Origin: a virus
Taxonomy: Duplodnaviria; Caudoviricetes
Strand: one strand, 5' to 3'
DNA length: 25,798 nucleotides
Virus record (IMG/VR): IMGVR_UViG_3300008255_000436
Location: 1 to 25,798 of that record
Shown: one piece after another, positions 16,606 through 23,783 of the stretch
Numbering within the stretch: position 1 is the stretch's first letter
Layout: the number at the start of each line of letters is the position of its first letter
Made by a program: the position numbers and the translations under genes
The notes under the pieces: generated by a model
Databases searched by the model: none
What the model was told of the DNA's origin: nothing
The model's input: only the letters and a program-made list of their open reading frames with translations

Positions 16606-16830
16606 GTGATCACCGTAGAGACTCCGGATGGCAACCAATCCACCTCCGTGGTGGGTGTCACACGTGTCCTCGCGGTGGTGACTCGGATGCTCACAACCAT
16701 GGATGAAGACATGGGGTCCAGCATCAAGATCTCGTTCGCAAATGACAACGCAGACCTTGATGACACCGACCCCTCTCCGCTAGGATCTTCTCTGCAAGCG
16801 GAACTGCTGGAAATCGCACGAGGAGAGTAA
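16606..16830 (+). CDS. hypothetical protein (start uncertain)
   Basis: 3' part of ORF 16435-16830. GTG 16606 avoids overlap with the upstream gene. Confidence 0.5.
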   Translation: MITVETPDGNQSTSVVGVTRVLAVVTRMLTTMDEDMGSSIKISFANDNADLDDTDPSPLGSSLQAELLEIARGE

Positions 16831-17304
16831 GTGTCACTGGCCCGTAAGTTGCCCCCACCGTGGATGCGGGGCGCTGCACGTCCGGAGAACAGCATCTCCG
16901 ACGCCCCCGCACCACCGGGGTTGGCTCGCAAGATCCGACCCAGCGGGCGTCTGGGGAAGTACTTCACGCGCCCTGAGGAGCAGATGGCAGATGAGGCCCA
17001 GTCACCGGGCCTATCTCTCACTCAGGAGATCGGTGCGCGCCAGACCACGGGTATCGCCCGTCGCCGTGTGCAGTCCGATCTCCGTCTGCCCTATGACATG
17101 CAGCCCATGGACTCCTCACGGGTGATGCAAGCCGGTTATCGAGACGACACCCAGATCATCCGGGTGAACTTCGTGGATGGGACTCCGTGGGAGTACTACA
17201 ATGTCCCTCCCCAGGTGTGGTACCAGTTTCAGAAGGCACCGTCGCCTGGTCGTTTTATTAACAATGTCCTTAACGCCTATCCGTACGGACGAGGTAACTT
17301 CTAA
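16831..17304 (+). CDS. KTSC-domain protein
   Basis: SSRVMQAGY...VNFVDG..WEYYNVP..VW..F.KAPSPGRFIN. GAGGAG RBS. Confidence 0.8.
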   Translation: MSLARKLPPPWMRGAARPENSISDAPAPPGLARKIRPSGRLGKYFTRPEEQMADEAQSPGLSLTQEIGARQTTGIARRRVQSDLRLPYDMQPMDSSRVMQAGYRDDTQIIRVNFVDGTPWEYYNVPPQVWYQFQKAPSPGRFINNVLNAYPYGRGNF

Positions 17305-17315
17305 AGTGAGTAACT

Positions 17316-17771
17316 ATGAAGACGCACGAACTGGGACGACTATTCACGTATCGACAAGTTCTTCCCAAGAAGATCTCATTAGGGAAGACACTGGTAGATC
17401 TAGTAACCGCTCACGAGAAGTATCCGCCCTACCGGACAGGCAGAGCCGTCGCGGTTCGCGTCTCCCCCGGCCAGATCGTCGGAGTGGGATGGTGGGGAGG
17501 TTCTAACGCTGATCCTCGCAACGATGACGAGATCGATCAGCACTTTGCAGAAGCGTTGAAGACAAAGGAATACCGAGCGAATGTTCAAGAAGCGTCAGAC
17601 GAGTGGCAAGACCGCGCTAGAGATCGTTTCGAAGAGACTGTCAAGGCGCGTCAAGATGCTAACGACTCCCGACCTCGTTCAGTGGACAGACAGTACACTC
17701 TCGTTCATTGGGAAGAACCTCGCAAGGATGCAAGAGACGAGAGATCCGGAGCAGAAGAAGATCCATCTTGA
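17316..17771 (+). CDS. hypothetical phage protein
   Basis: Follows the KTSC gene. Its 3' 191 nt overlap the next ORF. Confidence 0.6.
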   Translation: MKTHELGRLFTYRQVLPKKISLGKTLVDLVTAHEKYPPYRTGRAVAVRVSPGQIVGVGWWGGSNADPRNDDEIDQHFAEALKTKEYRANVQEASDEWQDRARDRFEETVKARQDANDSRPRSVDRQYTLVHWEEPRKDARDERSGAEEDPS

Positions 17772-17865
17772 GGATGCTCTCCTGGATGCCCGGTCTGTGG
17801 TCGTACTGTTGGAAGAACTCCAAGATCGCGTAGAAGGTCCGATCGTACGGACCGGTTTGTACTAA
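17581..17865 (+). CDS. hypothetical helical phage protein
   Basis: Amphipathic helices; ends directly before a terminator. Confidence 0.65.
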   Translation: MFKKRQTSGKTALEIVSKRLSRRVKMLTTPDLVQWTDSTLSFIGKNLARMQETRDPEQKKIHLEDALLDARSVVVLLEELQDRVEGPIVRTGLY

Positions 17866-17868
17866 ACA

Positions 17869-17905
17869 AAAGACCCCCTCCGGGCGTAGAGGGGGTCTTT
17901 CTGTT
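17869..17905 (+). terminator. intrinsic terminator
   Basis: AAAGACCCCCTC...GAGGGGGTCTTT then CTGTT. Confidence 0.75.
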
Positions 17906-17969
17906 ACTGCTATTGGACGGGTCGTTTAAACGACTTTGCACATGGTAGCACAGTTGTCTGATCATGCTC

Positions 17970-18009
17970 GCAAGATTATGTTGACATCCCCTTGCGGGCG
18001 GGCTAGCCT
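17970..18009 (+). promoter_or_regulatory. promoter with GCAAG-N16-CTTGC operator
   Basis: Operator 17970-17995. TTGACA 17981-17986, 17 bp, TAGCCT 18004-18009. Confidence 0.75.
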
Positions 18010-18064
18010 AGGGCCATGCCAGATGTCCCCCCACAACTACGGATGTACAAAGAGTACAGCACAC

Positions 18065-18265
18065 ATGCGAACAGCCCTCATCGCCGGAGCCCTCGCGGCC
18101 CTCGCCGTCTTCACCCTCTCCATCTCCGGATCAGCAGGCCCTGGAGACGCGCTGCTCAACGCCTTCTCCATCGGGTTCCTACCCGTGTGGTTCTTCACCC
18201 TCGTGATCATCGGGTTCTTCAGGATCCTCAGTGATGCGTCCTACCACCTGTCCAAGCGTCCGTAA
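18065..18265 (+). CDS. small two-helix membrane protein
   Basis: MRTALIAGALAALAVF...FLPVWFFTLVIIGFF; C-ending codons in this frame. Confidence 0.65.
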   Translation: MRTALIAGALAALAVFTLSISGSAGPGDALLNAFSIGFLPVWFFTLVIIGFFRILSDASYHLSKRP

Positions 18266-18271
18266 GGGTCC

Positions 18272-18478
18272 ATGATGGAAATCAACCTCGTACACAAGGT
18301 CAAGCGTTCAGCGGACCTGGAGGTCCACATCCGGGAACTCGTCGTAGATGACGTGAATCTCGTGGACATTCGGGAGTTCATTGTCCCCACCACAACCTAT
18401 GGGCGTGGGATCCAGTTCCCCCGTGAACACCTGATGGACGTCATTGACGGTCTGGATCTGGTGCTTGAAGATGGCTGA
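18272..18478 (+). CDS. PC4/Sub1-like ssDNA-binding protein
   Basis: LVDIREF.....YGRGIQF followed by a C-terminal helix. Confidence 0.65.
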   Translation: MMEINLVHKVKRSADLEVHIRELVVDDVNLVDIREFIVPTTTYGRGIQFPREHLMDVIDGLDLVLEDG

Positions 18479-18737
18479 GGAGTACCATCCAGTCACCTGT
18501 CGCGTCTGCCACAAGGTAGTAGCGTGGTCGAAGACACCGCACTCGCCGGGGTTCATCTTCTGCGACAAGTTCTGTCTCAGTGACTACGGAGTCTCCACTG
18601 ATGAGACACGTGATTCCCTGATCGATGAACTCCTCCGCGCGGGTAAGTCGTCCTCTGAGGCGGCTGACCACCTAGGGATCACCCGGCAAAGAGTTGACCA
18701 GATCCACCGCAAGAGAATCCAGGAGTTGACTGTATGA
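18471..18737 (+). CDS. Zn-finger plus sigma70 region-4-like HTH protein
   Basis: CRVC...FCDKFC and SSEAADHLGITRQRVDQI. Start 18471 overlaps the end of the upstream gene. Confidence 0.75.
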   Translation: MAEEYHPVTCRVCHKVVAWSKTPHSPGFIFCDKFCLSDYGVSTDETRDSLIDELLRAGKSSSEAADHLGITRQRVDQIHRKRIQELTV

Positions 18738-18982
18738 GTGAATCCCCCACCCCCAACGATCTGTTGATGGCATTCGAGGCGCACTATCAAGGGTGCGGAG
18801 ACATGTCCTGTCCCGCCTGTGACATCTGGGTCATTGTTCAGACCTTCGTCTCCCACCGTGGGGCATCTGCGGCTGCTGCGACAACACCGGAAGCCGCGAT
18901 AAACGCTGCCTGCCTCTGTGAGGTGATGACGGGATCCTGCCCGATTCACGAGGGTGACCGGGAAGACGAGGTGACGCAGTAA
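18734..18982 (+). CDS. small Cys-rich protein
   Basis: H..GC...CPAC...CLC....CPIH. AGGAG RBS and ATGA overlap. Confidence 0.65.
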   Translation: MSESPTPNDLLMAFEAHYQGCGDMSCPACDIWVIVQTFVSHRGASAAAATTPEAAINAACLCEVMTGSCPIHEGDREDEVTQ

Positions 18983-18983
18983 C

Positions 18984-19520
18984 GTGAGTAACCGTCTACG
19001 AACGGCTTTGTTAGTTGCGGCGTTTCTGATCTCCGCAGCCGTGTCATTCGCGTTTGCAGAGAGGGCAGAAGCGCAATCCATTGAGTACGGATGTGAAACC
19101 TACGGTTGTCTGTATGGGCACAATCCAACGCACTACAGCCGTGGTCACAATCCTGACGAGTGGCCGAAGTACGCAACGTCCTACCAGTACCTCCCTGATG
19201 GCCCTGATGGGCGTTACTTCGTAGAGGTCCATTGGCCTGGGTCGTATGACCCCGCTAACCGCGCGAAGTGGGACCAGGTAGCGCAGTGCGAAAGCACGCA
19301 GCGTTGGCACATCAACACTGGCAACGGGTACTACGGAGGGATCCAGTTCTCGTTATCCACGTGGCACGCGTTCGGTGGTCAGATGTACGCCTACTACCCA
19401 CACCATGCCACCCCTGAGCAACAGATCGACATCGGTATCAATGTTGCCTACGAGGGCTACGATCGATACCGTCCCCAAGGACCAGGCGCGTGGCCCCACT
19501 GTGGAAGACCGTTACGATGA
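18984..19520 (+). CDS. rpf: secreted resuscitation-promoting-factor (Rpf)-type lytic transglycosylase
   Basis: WDQVAQCES..W.INTGNGYYGGIQFS.STW..FGG...ATPEQQI...QGPGAWPHC. Sec signal peptide ending AEA-Q. Confidence 0.9.
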   Translation: MSNRLRTALLVAAFLISAAVSFAFAERAEAQSIEYGCETYGCLYGHNPTHYSRGHNPDEWPKYATSYQYLPDGPDGRYFVEVHWPGSYDPANRAKWDQVAQCESTQRWHINTGNGYYGGIQFSLSTWHAFGGQMYAYYPHHATPEQQIDIGINVAYEGYDRYRPQGPGAWPHCGRPLR

Positions 19521-19566
19521 CCAGCCACGTTTAAACACTGCTACACTTCCAGCGCTGCTCCTAAGC

Positions 19567-19594
19567 GAGGCCCCTGCCTAATGGCGGGGGCTTC
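19567..19594 (+). terminator. hairpin between rpf and terminase
   Basis: GAGGCCCCTGCC-TAAT-GGCGGGGGCTTC. Confidence 0.55.
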
Positions 19595-19619
19595 GTCAAT
19601 TCTCAATAGAATCACAAGT

Positions 19620-21185
19620 ATGGAAAACGAATTCGAGACAAATGAGGACATCTTTGGTGAAGAAATTCCCCTCGATGGGTCCACACAACAACTAGTCGAT
19701 GAAATCTGCGCAAGGATGGTGTTATTCGCTGAAGAGTTAGCGGGACACGAACTCTTCGACTACCAGAAGCACCTGATTCTACGGATCTTCGAAAGCGTAA
19801 TCACTGGGGATGCTGAGACAGTCACAGGACTCCAGGCACGCCAGAGTGGTAAGACCGAGACGGTGGGATGTGCGGTCGCCACGATGATGATCCTCCTGCC
19901 CAAGTTGGCTCCCATGTTCCCTGAACTGCTTGGTAAGTTCGAAAAGGGCGTATGGGTTGGGTGTTTTGCACCGACTGGTGACCTCTCCGACATCATCTTC
20001 TCGCGCATCGTGGATCGACTCACCAGTGAGAACGCCACAGAGATCATGCTGGACCCCGAGATCAACGATGAGGTGGGCGGTAGGGGGAAGATCATCCGTC
20101 TGAAGAACTCGGGGTCGTTCTGTCGCAAGCAGACCGCTCACCCCAGCGCGAAGATCGAAGGTTCGTCCTACCACCTTGTGGTGATCGATGAGTCCCAGGA
20201 CTGCGACGACACCGTTGTCCGTAAGTCCATTCACCCCATGTTGGCGTTCTACGCGGGGACCATCGTCAAGATCGGTACTCCTTCTACCCGTAAGGGTGAC
20301 TTCTACAAGCAGATCCAGTTGAACAAGCGCCGTCAGGTGCAGCGCGGATCAAAGCAGAATCACTTCGAAGCCAACTGGCGTGCGTGTGCACGGAACAACA
20401 AGAACTACGCCCTGTTCGTGAAGAAGGAGATCGAGCGACTGGGGGAGGAGTCCGACGAGTTCCAGATGGCCTACAACCTCAAGTGGCTGTTGGACCGAGG
20501 AATGTTCGTCAGTGCCTCTGTGCTGGATCCTGACGACCCGGAGTTCCTGGGGGACAAGTCCATGCAGATCGTGGACCAGTGGTACGCCACACCCGTTGTG
20601 GTGGGCATCGACCCGGCCCGTGAACTGGACTCCACCGTCGTGACCGTGCTCTGGGTGGACTGGGAACGTGAGGATGCCTTCGGCTACCGCCACCACCGGA
20701 TCCTGAACTGGTTGGAGATCACGGGTGAGAAGTGGGAGGAGCAGTACGCCCAGATCTACCACTTCCTCCAGAACTACAACGTGCTCAAGATCGGTGTGGA
20801 CGCCCAGGGGATGGGTGACGCGGTTGCGGAACGGTTGCAGGTCGTCATGGGTCCCTACATCGAGGTCGAGAAGTTCGACTCCACCAGGCCCGCCCAGAGC
20901 GCGCGGTGGAAGAACCTCCAGTCTCTCATGCAGCGCCGCATGCTGATGTGGCCTGCCCATGCCTGGACACGTCGTCTCCGGACCTACAGGCGTTTCAGCC
21001 AACAGATGGCCGATGCCGAGAAGCACTACTTTGGTGACCACATGATGGTGGAAGCACCCGAAGAGGCTGGGGCGCATGATGACTATGTGGACAGTCTGGC
21101 AATTGCTGCAATGACTTCGACGTATGATGAGATGCCAGAAGTGGAGACAGTTGTAAATCCCTTTGCAACACATCGTCGTCGTTAG
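19620..21185 (+). CDS. terL: terminase large subunit
   Basis: ARQSGKTE (Walker A), LVVIDESQ (Walker B), IGTP, VGIDPA and HDDYVDS (nuclease). Start 19620 chosen from -10 TAGAAT 19607-19612; the ORF track gives 19581, which lies inside a hairpin. Confidence 0.92.
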   Translation: MENEFETNEDIFGEEIPLDGSTQQLVDEICARMVLFAEELAGHELFDYQKHLILRIFESVITGDAETVTGLQARQSGKTETVGCAVATMMILLPKLAPMFPELLGKFEKGVWVGCFAPTGDLSDIIFSRIVDRLTSENATEIMLDPEINDEVGGRGKIIRLKNSGSFCRKQTAHPSAKIEGSSYHLVVIDESQDCDDTVVRKSIHPMLAFYAGTIVKIGTPSTRKGDFYKQIQLNKRRQVQRGSKQNHFEANWRACARNNKNYALFVKKEIERLGEESDEFQMAYNLKWLLDRGMFVSASVLDPDDPEFLGDKSMQIVDQWYATPVVVGIDPARELDSTVVTVLWVDWEREDAFGYRHHRILNWLEITGEKWEEQYAQIYHFLQNYNVLKIGVDAQGMGDAVAERLQVVMGPYIEVEKFDSTRPAQSARWKNLQSLMQRRMLMWPAHAWTRRLRTYRRFSQQMADAEKHYFGDHMMVEAPEEAGAHDDYVDSLAIAAMTSTYDEMPEVETVVNPFATHRRR

Positions 21186-21196
21186 GAACAGGTTCG

Positions 21197-21958
21197 ATGC
21201 GCAGCAGACTTAAGTCATTCTATGCCCAGCACCCGGAGATGGCCCCTGCTGACCCATTGGGGAACATCGTTCAGGCTGGGAACACCTATGTGCAGAAGTC
21301 GGGACTCGACATCCCGCGCATTTCTCCCGGTGACTTCCGAAGTGTGTCTGCGAGTCCCCACGGACCCGCGATCGCGCGGGCGTATGGAAACCTTCCTGAC
21401 AATGATCCATCATCTCACCCGTCATTCGCAGCGATGCGTGAAGAGAACCACAGGCAGTTAGAAACGCTCACTTCACCGGTAAGTAAGGGTGGTGCTGGTT
21501 TAAACGTCAACGTCTCGAAGGAGGACCCGTACGACAGCCCAGCGGCGTTACGCCGGGACGTCATGGAGAACAACAACCTGACGGTGATGTCCACGGCCAC
21601 CACGGGGGGCCACCCGTACTTCTCCAACGACGACAACGATGCCTTCCGTGCGGTCCACGATGCTTACGGACACCTCGCCACAGGGCGTGGGTTCGACCGT
21701 CACGGGGAGGAGGCTGCCTGGTTGTCCCATAGCCGCATGTACAGCCCAGCAGCGCGTGGGGCGATGACCTCAGAGACGCGGGGACAGAACAGCGCCCTCA
21801 TCTACGGTACCCAGGACAACCCGCCTGGTGAGTTCGGACCACAGAAGGTCGGGCTGCTGCCCAGCGCGTTCTCCAACCCCTACCGGACCTCTCTGACGGG
21901 ACGAACAGCAGCGGCCCACATGCAGGGACAACAACTCCGGAACTTCCGTTCGGTCTAA
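21197..21958 (+). CDS. conserved phage protein with FRAVHDxxGH...GEE motif (possible zincin-like metalloenzyme)
   Basis: NDAFRAVHDAYGH...GEEAAW..H...ETRGQNS. Confidence 0.7.
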   Translation: MRSRLKSFYAQHPEMAPADPLGNIVQAGNTYVQKSGLDIPRISPGDFRSVSASPHGPAIARAYGNLPDNDPSSHPSFAAMREENHRQLETLTSPVSKGGAGLNVNVSKEDPYDSPAALRRDVMENNNLTVMSTATTGGHPYFSNDDNDAFRAVHDAYGHLATGRGFDRHGEEAAWLSHSRMYSPAARGAMTSETRGQNSALIYGTQDNPPGEFGPQKVGLLPSAFSNPYRTSLTGRTAAAHMQGQQLRNFRSV

Positions 21959-21981
21959 CCCTCCGGTGTACTATCTGGAGC

Positions 21982-22242
21982 ATGAGCACTCCCAACAAGA
22001 AGAACCAGCCGAAGCGACTTCGCTTCTCAGCAGAATCTCTCGCCAACCTTCTCGATCTCCCACAAGGTGTGGACATCAAGGGGGCTACCTATAGCGACCG
22101 AGACGGTGGATTAGTTCACTTCAGTGTTACTGATCCCGATCGGATCCTCCCCCAGGGAGACTCTGCCCTCCTCTACGAGTCAGTGGTAGACCTTCCGGGT
22201 TTCCGTCTCAAGGAGTTGGAAGAACTTCCCGAATTAACGTAA
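21982..22242 (+). CDS. hypothetical protein
   Basis: -10 TACTAT 21969-21974, leaderless ATG. Confidence 0.65.
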   Translation: MSTPNKKNQPKRLRFSAESLANLLDLPQGVDIKGATYSDRDGGLVHFSVTDPDRILPQGDSALLYESVVDLPGFRLKELEELPELT

Positions 22243-22301
22243 TCCCGGCAACCTTACGACTACACTCCAAGTAGCAAGGTTCCATCCTCTCAGGAGTCCT
22301 A

Positions 22302-22709
22302 ATGGATACTTATCAGAACATCGCACCTGCACCGCCCTACCCAGAGAAGGGGTACCCTCAGTACGAGCGTGCCATGGCTTTCAATGGTGTGCGGCGTGGT
22401 CCCATGCGCTTCCAGGAAGGTGTCGCAACTGACACCGACGTCCCGAATGACTTCATGGTCGGGATCCAGCAGGCACACATGCCTGCACCTGGGCGTATGA
22501 ACCGCAACTCCAAGGTGGACACCAAGTACCCCGAAGAGACGTTGCGTCAGCGCGCACACGTCGGGTCGGCTGCTTGGGTCGAAGGCCCTCAGTACCTCGG
22601 TGAGTTCGCGCACGGATCATTCGGTGACGCTGGACACATCCAGTACGAGCGTATCTTCCGTCCTGAGGGGAAGCAGTACTTCCCGAACCCAGCGCAGGTT
22701 TGGGACTAA
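22302..22709 (+). CDS. conserved head-module protein (RRGPMRFQEGVATDTDVP), probably structural
   Basis: AGGAG RBS. Lies between terminase and portal. Motif recalled from large actinophages, not searched. Confidence 0.7.
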   Translation: MDTYQNIAPAPPYPEKGYPQYERAMAFNGVRRGPMRFQEGVATDTDVPNDFMVGIQQAHMPAPGRMNRNSKVDTKYPEETLRQRAHVGSAAWVEGPQYLGEFAHGSFGDAGHIQYERIFRPEGKQYFPNPAQVWD

Positions 22710-22710
22710 C

Positions 22711-22804
22711 CCTCCCGCGTAGATAGCGTTTAAACGACTACGCGGGAGGTGATCCGGTATCTGCACACCGGACCGTCTGCAATGGCGGTCCGGTGCTTGC
22801 CGGG
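22711..22804 (+). terminator. two consecutive hairpins, the first enclosing GTTTAAAC
   Basis: CCTCCCGCGTAG...CTACGCGGGAGG and CACCGGACCGTC...GGCGGTCCGGTG. Confidence 0.55.
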
Positions 22805-22821
22805 TCTTAAGGGAGGATTGA

Positions 22822-23109
22822 ATGGCGAAGAACCCTCGACCATCCAAGGTTGGCAAGTTCACCCCACGGCCTGATGGGTTCTTTCCTCCAGAGAAGCGTA
22901 AGGTCAATCAGCAGGCGACCTTAGCCAATCGCGAGCAGTTCGGTGATGCTCCCGTCACCGACGAGCAGTGGGCCGACAGCGTCGTCCACACCCCTGTGCA
23001 GGGTCAGTTGTTCACTGGTGGGCACGAGCACCCATGGCCGCGCGGGTACTCCCCTGAGCGCCAGGCTGAGGTTCGCGGGGCGCTTGACACACGATCGTGG
23101 ACGTACTAA
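22822..23109 (+). CDS. hypothetical protein with QF/QGQLF motifs, possibly truncated
   Basis: GGAGG RBS. A promoter for the next gene is embedded in its 3' end. Confidence 0.6.
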   Translation: MAKNPRPSKVGKFTPRPDGFFPPEKRKVNQQATLANREQFGDAPVTDEQWADSVVHTPVQGQLFTGGHEHPWPRGYSPERQAEVRGALDTRSWTY

Positions 23110-23119
23110 CCTTAGTGAC

Positions 23120-23269
23120 ATGCACACGCTCACTGACAGGGAGATCGAACTCCTCACCTGCGAGGAGTGTCAGAAGTTCATGACACACGCAGAAGGATGC
23201 TCCGTCGCTGCTGTCGGACTGTGTGTCACCCCGCACCAGTCCACCCCCAAGATCGCCGATCCCCTCTAA
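23120..23269 (+). CDS. 49-aa Cys/His-rich protein
   Basis: TTGACA 23084-23089, 17 bp, TAACCT 23107-23112, leaderless ATG 23120. CEEC..H..GC...C..H. Confidence 0.6.
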   Translation: MHTLTDREIELLTCEECQKFMTHAEGCSVAAVGLCVTPHQSTPKIADPL

Positions 23270-23283
23270 CGCTCTCCCCCCGA

Positions 23284-23327
23284 CAAGGAGGAACCCCCAG
23301 CCCTCACGGGTTGGGGGTTCCTTGTTT
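23284..23327. terminator. bidirectional terminator between convergent genes
   Basis: AGGAACCCCCAGCCC...GGGTTGGGGGTTCCT followed by TGTTT. Confidence 0.75.
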
Positions 23328-23336
23328 AAACGGTTC

Positions 23337-23552
23337 CTAGAACTCCTTCACGAACACACGCACGCGGGAGATGTCGATGGACTTCGGGAGGTTCTGTGCA
23401 GCGGTGAGACGAACCTGGTCAGCATTCTTGGCGAACTGCCGTCCCTGCTCGTAGACCGTAGGGGCTCCGATGTAGTTGCCCTTCTCATCCTTCTCGGGCT
23501 CGATGGCGACAACGTAGACGAACAGACGGTACTCGCCGATTGCAGTGCTCAT
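23337..23552 (-). CDS. hypothetical protein, the only credible minus-strand gene (frame open to 23753)
   Basis: MSTAIGEYRLFVY... preceded by AAGGAAG. GC3 bias on the minus strand. Ends at the convergent terminator. Confidence 0.65.
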   Translation of the reverse strand: MSTAIGEYRLFVYVVAIEPEKDEKGNYIGAPTVYEQGRQFAKNADQVRLTAAQNLPKSIDISRVRVFVKEF

Positions 23553-23783
23553 GGTGGGGGGATCTTCCTTCTTTGGTGTCTGTAGTTGTGGGGTGTTGAT
23601 TGTGGTCTTGGTTGTAACCGATTCAAACGTGTTCGTGTAGGTGTGTGGGGCGTACGGAACGTACGGTCGCCGATTGTACGGTAGGGGAGGTGATGGGTTC
23701 GGGAACAGGTCAGGCCAGTAGTTGTGGCGGTGGGGAGTATTGTCTACGTACACATTTAGCCTCTTACAGGTAAGGTTGTATCA

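Noticed and set aside
22752-22804. Possible tRNA or ncRNA in the long hairpin region
   Set aside because: It is a single stem-loop with no cloverleaf, T-loop GTTC or CCA. No tRNA or rRNA was recognised anywhere in the window.
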